A stretch of 64,000 nt of DNA from an uncultured Chloroflexota bacterium (GTDB lineage: Bacteria; Chloroflexota; Dehalococcoidia; CAUJGQ01), in contig CALFMN010000021.1 in NCBI GenBank assembly GCA_937879875.1, positions 65,249 through 129,248 of the forward strand. Reading direction: 5' to 3'. The position numbers were made by a program, and so were the translations under genes. The stretch's first letter is position 1; every line of letters begins with the position of its first letter. This document shows, in pieces, positions 18,445 through 25,990 of this stretch. The notes under the pieces are model-generated. The model ran no database searches. It was not told the DNA's origin and was given only the letters and a program-made list of their open reading frames with translations.

Positions 18445-20664
18445 CTACAGCGGCAGGCCGACCGTTGCGGTATCGCGCTCGCCGATGCGCAGATCGTGGT
18501 TGGGCGCCATGCCCTCCGGGAAGAGGTTCGTCTCCAGCAGCGAGCCGCAGGCCGGACACGACCACTCGTACAGCTCCACCGCCGGATCGTGTCGCGGCCG
18601 GATATGCACGCCCAGCTCGGCCAGGCGCCCGGATGCCTCGGAGACGCGCATTTTGCAGCCGTCACGCCAGTTGCGCCCCGCGCCGGCCAGCTCGGCGCCG
18701 CAGGAACCGCAGGCGATCGCGCCGTCGCCGCCCAGCGCCAGCGCGGGGTGGAAGCCGTCCTGGCCGGAGACGTCCCGGCTCGGCTCGCCGCCGATGCGCC
18801 GGCGGCGAATCTCCAGCCGCTCGCGCCGCGTCGCCGCCTCGTCCACCGAGACGCCGTCCGCACCGAGCACCACGCCGTGGGCGACGCGGGCCACATCCGG
18901 TGTCACGTAGGCGGCGATCACGTCGGCCAGCACCCGCCGCGGGTCGCGCGTGATCGGGTCGCCGATGCCGGCGCCGCCGCCGGTGATCTGGTGGAAGACA
19001 TCGCCCTTTGACAGCGGCACTCCGGCGATGTGATTGAGCAGCGTCGTCTCGCCGCCGCCCATCTCCGCTACGCCCTGCGGCAGCCCCTGGCCGTTCGCCA
19101 GCCGGTTACGCACGTTGGTGCCGCGCACCACGTTGAAGAAGTTCGTGCCGCCGGGGTAGCCGCCCATCAGCGCCCGCGTGGGCACGGACGACATCGCGTT
19201 CTCCAGCGTGCCGGTCAGCGCCTCGGTGCGCCACGGCGTCCAGGCGAAGTCCATGCCCTGGCCGCCCCGGTTGTAGCCCGGCCCGCCCGAGCCTTTGTTC
19301 AGCCGGCGCCAGAGGTAGAGCATCGGGTAGTTGCCCTCGTTAATCTCCACGTCCGGAATGCCGTTGCCGAGCTGCACTTCGTATGAGGAGACATCGAGGC
19401 CGTCGATCGTGCTCTGCGCACCCATGCCGCCGGAGCCGCAGTCCATCACCGCGAAGGCGGTATACGTTCCGAACTGCGACTGCCCCACCCACGAATTGCC
19501 CGGCCACGACATGACGCCGAGTGAGAACGTGCGCTGGCGCAGCTCGGGCTCCAGCGCGATGCCCAGCGCCTTGGCGAACGCTTCGGCCGCGGCGCGCGCC
19601 GCCTTCGAGGCGCCCTCCATGTGCCCGCAGGAGACAGGCGCGGGCAGCACGGGGTGCAGCACCGTGCCCGGCGCGGGCAGTTGCATGCGCACGGGTCGGA
19701 AGAGGCCGGCGTTGGCGGGCATGTCGTAGCAGAGGGCAAAGAGCAGGATGCTGCCGACCACGCCCAGCATCGCGCCGTAGCCCGCGTTGATGAAGCCGTC
19801 GCTCTGCGCGTCGGTCTCCGTGAAGTCGAGCACGAGATCGGAGCCCTTGATGATCAGACGCAGGCCGATCTTGTAGAGTTGGTCGGCGCCGTGGCCGTCG
19901 TACTCAGCCCAGTCGTACGTCTCGTAGACGCCGTCCGGCAGCGCTTCGATGCGGCCGCGCACCACCTGCTCGCAGAGGTTCTTGTTGACCTCAACGTACT
20001 TTTCGTATTCCTCCAGCCCGTAGACGTCGAGCAGATCGGCCACGCGCATCTGCGCCACGTTGAGCGCGGCCACCAGCGAGCGCACGTCGTTGATCACGAT
20101 CGGCAGCCGCACGTTATGCACGAGCAGCCGCACCATGTCGGGAATGAAGGTGCCGCGGCTGACGATGCGGATCGGCGGCAGCCGCAGCGCCTCGCCGTAG
20201 CAGTCCCAGGCCACCGGCGCCCAGCCGCCGGGCGACATGCCGCCCACGTCGAGGATGTGTGCGTTGGAGAAGGCCCAGCCGACGAGCTGCTCTTTCCAGA
20301 AGAGCGGTGAAACCACGGCCACATCGCCCTGGTGAATGGCGCCGCCGTCGTAGGGGTCGTTGAGAATGAAGGCGTCGCCGGGGTGCACGTCGTCGCCGTA
20401 CTGCTTCACGACGGCGCGCACGCCTTCGAGCGAGCTGCCCATATGCGCGATCACGTAGCCTGAGAAGCCGATGTGCTCGACCTTGCGGTCGAAGATCGCG
20501 CAGCAGAAGTCTTTGGCCTCGGAGAGGATGGGCGAGCCGGAGGTGCGGATCAGCGTCGTCGCCATCTCCAGGCTGATATTGCGCAGCCGGTTCTGGATCA
20601 CCTCGGCGATGATCGGGTCGTACTCAAGCTGCTCTTGCTCGCTGCGAACCGCGGTGCTGGCCAT
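18445..20664 (-). CDS. Hydantoinase B/oxoprolinase (HyuB/acetone-carboxylase-alpha-like) with C-terminal Cys4 zinc-ribbon extension
   Basis: About 580-aa HyuB core (…ILNDPYDGG..H..D..VV.P.F…). An extra roughly 150 aa carries CGSCG...(46 aa)...CPACG, resembling acetone-carboxylase gamma subunits. ATG at 20664 (MASTAV). Confidence 0.85.
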   Translation of the reverse strand: MASTAVRSEQEQLEYDPIIAEVIQNRLRNISLEMATTLIRTSGSPILSEAKDFCCAIFDRKVEHIGFSGYVIAHMGSSLEGVRAVVKQYGDDVHPGDAFILNDPYDGGAIHQGDVAVVSPLFWKEQLVGWAFSNAHILDVGGMSPGGWAPVAWDCYGEALRLPPIRIVSRGTFIPDMVRLLVHNVRLPIVINDVRSLVAALNVAQMRVADLLDVYGLEEYEKYVEVNKNLCEQVVRGRIEALPDGVYETYDWAEYDGHGADQLYKIGLRLIIKGSDLVLDFTETDAQSDGFINAGYGAMLGVVGSILLFALCYDMPANAGLFRPVRMQLPAPGTVLHPVLPAPVSCGHMEGASKAARAAAEAFAKALGIALEPELRQRTFSLGVMSWPGNSWVGQSQFGTYTAFAVMDCGSGGMGAQSTIDGLDVSSYEVQLGNGIPDVEINEGNYPMLYLWRRLNKGSGGPGYNRGGQGMDFAWTPWRTEALTGTLENAMSSVPTRALMGGYPGGTNFFNVVRGTNVRNRLANGQGLPQGVAEMGGGETTLLNHIAGVPLSKGDVFHQITGGGAGIGDPITRDPRRVLADVIAAYVTPDVARVAHGVVLGADGVSVDEAATRRERLEIRRRRIGGEPSRDVSGQDGFHPALALGGDGAIACGSCGAELAGAGRNWRDGCKMRVSEASGRLAELGVHIRPRHDPAVELYEWSCPACGSLLETNLFPEGMAPNHDLRIGERDTATVGLPL

Positions 20665-20742
20665 GTTACCCTCCTGGGGGTTAGGTGACAGTAGGTTTCT
20701 GGTCCAGCCGCTCCCTGTAACCAGTAACCAGTAACCTGTCAC

Positions 20743-22815
20743 CTAAACGGTGAGCCGGTAGTTGCGGAACTCGTCCACGCTGAGTTCCGCACCCGTGGGC
20801 ACGTAGATCGTCGTATCCACATCTTCCACGATCGCCGGGCCTTGCAGGCTCATGACCGGCGCGAAGGCGGCGCCGCGATACACGGCCACGCGCTCGCGCC
20901 GGCCGAGGTCGGGCAGCAGCGCCTCGCGCGAGCCGTGCCAGGCTCTGTCCGCCGAGCCGCCGTCGCGCGCGAAGCGGCGCAGCGCCGGCTTGTTGACGCG
21001 GCCGATGCCCGTTACGCGGGCGTTGAGCATGATCGGCGGGAACCCTTCCCAGGCCGTGCCCTTGCCGTACAGCCGCTCGTAGCTGTCTTTGAACTCGCTG
21101 GCGATCTGCTCGCGGTGCGCCTCGGTGAGCTGCGCCGCGGGCAGCGGCACGGTCAGTTCGAAGATTTGGCCGGCGAACTTGAGATCGCCCTCGTAGCGCA
21201 GCTCGATCTGGTCGGGCGCGAAGTTGCGCTGCGCGAGCACGCTGCGCGCCTGCTCGGCCAGGCTGCCGATCACGGCGTTCACCGGCTCCAGCGGCGCCGC
21301 CGGCACGATCCAGTTCACGGTCTGCACGAAGGAGCGCACGCCGTCCGCCCACAGCAGGCCGTAGGCGGAGAAGACGGCCGCATCGTCCGGGATAATGATC
21401 TCCTTGATCCCCATCGTGCGGCAGATCTGCGCCATGAACAGGCCGCTGGCGCCGCCGAACGAAACCATGACGAAGCGGCGCGGGTCGTAGCCCTTCTCGA
21501 TCGTGGCCGAGCGCACCGCGTTCGCCATCGTGTCGGTCACGATCTGGTAGAGGCCGCTGGCCGCCGCGTCTTCTGTCCAGCCCAGCGGCTCGGCGATGCG
21601 CGTACGCACGGCGCTCGCCGCCGCCGCGCGGTCCAGCTTGATCGCGCCGCCGAGGAAGTAGTCGGGGTCGATCAGGCCGAGCGCCACGGCCACATCGGTT
21701 ACGGTCGGCTCGGCGCCGCCGCGCCCGTAGCAGGCGGGGCCGGGCACGGCGCCGGCCGACTGCGGCCCCACGCGTGGGGCGCCGCGCGAATCGAGCCAGC
21801 AGACCGAGCCGCCGCCCGCGCCGATCGCGGAGATGTCCACCATCGAGATGCCGGTGTCGAACTTGCCGAGCTGCACGCGGTGCGCCAGCGTGAGCTCGCC
21901 GTCTTTGATCAGCGCCGTGTCGAACGAGGTGCCGCCCATGTCGGCGGTGATCGCGTCTTGAATGCCCAGCGCCTGCGTCAGCGCCCGTGCGCCAAGCGCA
22001 CCGCCGACGGGGCCGGAGTTGATGAGCTGGATCGGCTGCTCCTGCGCCTCGGCAGTGGAGAGCAGGCCGCCGATCGACTGCATCATCGACAGCTCGACGC
22101 CGAGGCCGCGCTGCTTCAGCTCACGTTCGAGTTTGTCGACGTAGGTCTCGATCCCCTTCGAGGCGTAGCTGTTGAAAACCGTCGTCACCATGCGCTCGTA
22201 CTCGCGCGCCACGGGGAAGACGCGTGAGGAGATGGAAACGAACAGGTCCGGATACAGCTCGCCCGCGATCTCGCGTACGCGCTGCTCGTGCGCCGAGTTG
22301 GCGAACGACCAGAGGAAGCAGACGGCCAGCGCCTCGCAGCCGCCCTCCACGAGCCGCCGGATCGCCTCGCGCACCTGCTCCTCGTGCAGCGGCACCACGA
22401 CCTGGCCGAAGGAATCGACCCGCTCGTCCAGCTCAGCGATGTCCTCGCGGGCGACGATGTCGGGCGGCGGTGTCTGCGTCCAGAGGTCCATGTCGTTGGT
22501 GCGGGCCGAGCGGGCGATGCGCAGCGTATCGCGGAAGCCGCGCGTGGTGATCAGGCCGACGCGCCGGCCGCGCAGCTCGGCGATGGCGTTGGTGACGATC
22601 GTGGTGCCGTTGATGAACAGCTCGCAGCCGCGCAGGATGCCGCCCAGATCAAGGTCGGCCTCACGGGCCAGCGTTTCGAGGGCGTCGAAGATGCCGCGGG
22701 GATAGTCGTCGGGTGTGGTGGGCGCCTTGGCGCGGCGGACGTGGCCGTCTTCGTCGATGGACACCACATCCGTGAACGTCCCGCCGATATCGACGCCGAT
22801 GTGGTAGCGAGGCAT
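20743..22815 (-). CDS. Hydantoinase A/oxoprolinase (HyuA/acetone-carboxylase-beta-like)
   Basis: MPRYHIGVDIGGTFTDVV N-terminal ATPase motif. 690 aa. Its stop abuts the hyuB start. Confidence 0.9.
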   Translation of the reverse strand: MPRYHIGVDIGGTFTDVVSIDEDGHVRRAKAPTTPDDYPRGIFDALETLAREADLDLGGILRGCELFINGTTIVTNAIAELRGRRVGLITTRGFRDTLRIARSARTNDMDLWTQTPPPDIVAREDIAELDERVDSFGQVVVPLHEEQVREAIRRLVEGGCEALAVCFLWSFANSAHEQRVREIAGELYPDLFVSISSRVFPVAREYERMVTTVFNSYASKGIETYVDKLERELKQRGLGVELSMMQSIGGLLSTAEAQEQPIQLINSGPVGGALGARALTQALGIQDAITADMGGTSFDTALIKDGELTLAHRVQLGKFDTGISMVDISAIGAGGGSVCWLDSRGAPRVGPQSAGAVPGPACYGRGGAEPTVTDVAVALGLIDPDYFLGGAIKLDRAAAASAVRTRIAEPLGWTEDAAASGLYQIVTDTMANAVRSATIEKGYDPRRFVMVSFGGASGLFMAQICRTMGIKEIIIPDDAAVFSAYGLLWADGVRSFVQTVNWIVPAAPLEPVNAVIGSLAEQARSVLAQRNFAPDQIELRYEGDLKFAGQIFELTVPLPAAQLTEAHREQIASEFKDSYERLYGKGTAWEGFPPIMLNARVTGIGRVNKPALRRFARDGGSADRAWHGSREALLPDLGRRERVAVYRGAAFAPVMSLQGPAIVEDVDTTIYVPTGAELSVDEFRNYRLTV

Positions 22816-23032
22816 GCGCCCTCCCTGTCACCGCAATCGTCGCGGCCGATCCTCAGCCGGACCACGAGAGCCGGCTCTTACTCCAGGCCGCGGCAGCAAT
22901 CCCGGCGATTGTGCACCGTGCCCTCTGAAGTATCAACAACCCGGAATGGCGATCCTGCCGCGGTTCAACGCGCTGCGCGGTGCGCTTGAAAGCGATCCGG
23001 CGCGAGCGAGAACGGAATGCGCCGCTTCGGTG

Positions 23033-23608
23033 CTACATCCCCTGGCCGGTCGTCTCCTGCAACTCGCGCGTGAGCCAGATCTCGCCGAGGTGCTGGTTGC
23101 CGTGCGCGATCACGGTCTGGCCGATCGCCTGTAGGATCGGGATCTCACCGAAAGGCATGACTTTGACGATACGGTTCATCTCGTCGGCGGTGAGGCCGGC
23201 GTAATAGGGTGCGGTGCTTTCCCAGACGGCACGGGCGTAGGGCAGGAACTCGGCCGGCGGCGGCACGGTCATGGCGTGCGCCTCGTCGGGCTCCATGCCG
23301 GTGCCCTGTGCCGCTTTCGGCAGGTGCCACTGCTGATCGAGTCCCTGCTCAAGCCAGACGGTGTTCTTGCGCTGCAACACGAAGTTGACGACGTTGTCCT
23401 CCGTGCGAATCCAGTGCCAGGCGGTGAAGCCGATGTGGTTGGTAGTGGGACCGAGGCGACGCTGCCACTGCTCCAGCGAAAGATCCTCCAGCGCCTTCGC
23501 GTAGTTTTCGTGCAGTTGGTCGATGAAGTGACGCAGATAGTCACGGATCTCCACGGTCGTGCTCCTGCCGGCCGGCGGCGTCAAGGCGGCGCCGGCCGCG
23601 CCCCGCAT
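23033..23608 (-). CDS. DinB_2/YfiT-like protein (paralog of 7216..7750)
   Basis: Shared motifs with 7216..7750. True start is probably an internal GTG near 23559 (VEIRDYLRHF...). Confidence 0.65.
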   Translation of the reverse strand: MRGAAGAALTPPAGRSTTVEIRDYLRHFIDQLHENYAKALEDLSLEQWQRRLGPTTNHIGFTAWHWIRTEDNVVNFVLQRKNTVWLEQGLDQQWHLPKAAQGTGMEPDEAHAMTVPPPAEFLPYARAVWESTAPYYAGLTADEMNRIVKVMPFGEIPILQAIGQTVIAHGNQHLGEIWLTRELQETTGQGM

Positions 23609-23616
23609 TCTGCCGT

Positions 23617-24657
23617 CTACTTGCCCGCCGGCGCAACCGGCCGTGCCGGCGCGATCGACTCGCGCACCACCAGCTCGGAGCGCTGAACCAACGTCTGCTC
23701 GCGCGCCTCGCCTGCTGCCACGGCGAAGAACAGTTCCGCAGCGCGGCGGCCGAATTCGCTGTAGTCGAGCCGGATCACGCTGATCGGCGGTTCGAAGGCG
23801 TTGGCCCAGAGCGAATCGCCGTGCGCGAGCAGCGAGACATCGCGCGGCATGCGCAGACCGGCCTCGCGCACGGCGAGCAGCATGCCAGGCGTGAAGCGGT
23901 GCATGCCGGCGATCAGTGCCGTCGGCCGGTCGGGCCGGGCCAGCATCTCGCTGGTAAAGGTACGTGCCTCGTCCAGATTCTGCGCGGCGTACAGTAGTGA
24001 CTCATCGACCGAGACGCCGGCTGCGGCGTGCGCTTTGCGGTAGTCGCGCATGCGCACGGACATGCTGGCCACCGGTTGGGCCGGCTCGCTGCCGTAGGAG
24101 CGGATGATCAGGCCGATGCGCCGGTGGCCCAGATCGAACAGCAGCCGGAAGGCCGAGCGCGCGGCCTCCTCTTCGTCGACGACGATCTCCGGCTCCATGC
24201 CGCTGGGCGAGCGCTGACCCATCACGATCACCGGGATGCCCGTGGCCCGTGCCGCGGCGATCTGCTCCTGATAGGGGCCGAGCGGATGGATCAGGATGCC
24301 GTCGACGCGCTGGCCGTAGAGCCGGTCGAGGTGCGTGCCCTGGGCGCTGAAGGAGCCGGCCGCGTCGCAGACGAACAGGCTGCGGCCGCGGGCCGCGGCG
24401 ACTTGCTCGATGCCGTGCAGGATGTCGGTGAAGGTCGGATTGGTGAGATCGGGCACGACCACGCCGATCGTGCCGGTGCGGGCGAGGCGCAGGCTGCGCG
24501 CGGCGGCGTTCGGCCGGTAGCCGAGCTGCGCGATCGCCTCTTCGACCAGGCGGCGCAGGCCGGGGTGAACCGAGCGGTCGCCATTGACGACGCGCGAGAC
24601 CGTCGCGATGGAGACGTTGGCCGCGCGGCCGACGTCGCGGATGGTAGCCACGGGCAC
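23617..24657 (-). CDS. LacI family transcriptional regulator
   Basis: N-terminus ATIRDVGRAANVSIATVSRVVNG (LacI HTH) followed by a periplasmic-binding-protein-like sugar-binding domain. Confidence 0.85.
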   Translation of the reverse strand: MPVATIRDVGRAANVSIATVSRVVNGDRSVHPGLRRLVEEAIAQLGYRPNAAARSLRLARTGTIGVVVPDLTNPTFTDILHGIEQVAAARGRSLFVCDAAGSFSAQGTHLDRLYGQRVDGILIHPLGPYQEQIAAARATGIPVIVMGQRSPSGMEPEIVVDEEEAARSAFRLLFDLGHRRIGLIIRSYGSEPAQPVASMSVRMRDYRKAHAAAGVSVDESLLYAAQNLDEARTFTSEMLARPDRPTALIAGMHRFTPGMLLAVREAGLRMPRDVSLLAHGDSLWANAFEPPISVIRLDYSEFGRRAAELFFAVAAGEAREQTLVQRSELVVRESIAPARPVAPAGK

Positions 24658-24879
24658 CCTCGCGCCGGGCGACTTGCGCGAAAAGGTTTACCGGCCGCCG
24701 AAGTATCCCGCCGCGTCGCAACGATGTCAAGACGGCTGAAGGGTGAAGGGTGAGAGGTGAAGCGTGAACGTGCTGCATGGTTGGCCCGTACTCTGGTGTA
24801 CGACTCGCCGCTCGCCTGCACCCTGCACCCTCAACCCTGGCCCTGGCGTGTAGAATGCAGGCGCTCGCGGCGGGCCTAG

Positions 24880-25085
24880 CCCTGGTTTCGCACACGAAAC
24901 CTGTCCCTTTCCGACGCGGAAAGGGTTTTGGCTGCGGAGGACTCCCGACGCCAATCCTGCCTGCGCGGCAACCGAGGAGTCGCCGCGCGCCCGCAGGCCT
25001 GATCACGCGATCAGCGGTCACATGATCGAAAGGTGGAAAATCCTCCCAACGAGAAAACCCTTCCCGTGTCGGGAAGGGAGACGCG
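24880..25085. repeat. Degenerate copy of family-1 MITE (hairpin gtccctttccgacgcggaaaggg...cccttcccgtgtcgggaaggga)
   Basis: Internal hairpin modules recognisable. Outer CACCTAACCCTG termini absent. Confidence 0.5.
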
Positions 25086-25134
25086 GCGCTTTTTAGATCG
25101 CCGCTCCACGGCGATGAGGGCGCGGCGGGGTTAG

Positions 25135-25905
25135 GTGACGGTGCAGGTGGACGAGTTCGATCTGAAGGGCGAGGTTGCGCTGGTGACGGGCGGCAACGGC
25201 GGCATCGGCCGCGGTATCGCCGTCGGGCTGGCCCGGGCGGGCGCCGATATTGTGATCGCGGCGCGCGACGAGGCGAAGACGGCGGACGCCCGCGCCGAGG
25301 TCGAGGCGCTGGGCCGTCGCTGCGTCGGTGTGCGCTGCGACGTGAGCCGCCGCGCCGAGCTGCAGGCCGCGGTACAGATCGCGCGCGATGCGCTGGGCAA
25401 GCTCAGCATCGTCGTGGCGAACGCGGGCATCGCCGTGCGCGGGGCGCCGCAGTCGCTGGCGGAAGAAGATTGGCTGCGGGTGATCGGCACGAACCTGAAC
25501 GGCGTCTTCTTCGCCGCGCAGACGGCGCATCCGGCGCTTGTGGCGAACGGCGGCGGCAAGGTGATCACGATCGGCTCCGAGTACTCATTGTTCGGCAGCC
25601 CGACCGTGCCGTCGTATTCGGCCAGCAAAGGCGGCGTGGTGCAACTGACGAAGTCGCTGGCGGTGGCCTGGGCGCGGGACAACATCCAGGTCAACTGCAT
25701 CATCCCCGGCTGGGTGCGCACCGACCTGACCGCACCGGTCATGGAAGACAAAGAGAGCTACGAGCGCATCGTCGGCCGCACGCCGGCGCGCCGCTTCGCC
25801 GAGCCCGAAGAGCTGGCCGGCGCCGCCGTCTTCCTCGCCTCGCGCGCCTCGAATTTTGTGACCGGCCAGAGCCTGGTGGTGGACGGCGGCTACTCGATCG
25901 CCTGA
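25135..25905 (+). CDS. SDR family oxidoreductase
   Basis: ALVTGGNGGIGRGIA...NAG...S..Y.ASK. GTG start at 25135. Confidence 0.85.
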   Translation: MTVQVDEFDLKGEVALVTGGNGGIGRGIAVGLARAGADIVIAARDEAKTADARAEVEALGRRCVGVRCDVSRRAELQAAVQIARDALGKLSIVVANAGIAVRGAPQSLAEEDWLRVIGTNLNGVFFAAQTAHPALVANGGGKVITIGSEYSLFGSPTVPSYSASKGGVVQLTKSLAVAWARDNIQVNCIIPGWVRTDLTAPVMEDKESYERIVGRTPARRFAEPEELAGAAVFLASRASNFVTGQSLVVDGGYSIA

Positions 25906-25990
25906 ACGTTGCCAGCGCCGCGCTGTGCTGGCTATGCTCGCGCTGGCACAAGATCATTCGGAGCCGTTCCCTGCGCCGTGAGGCCGCGCG

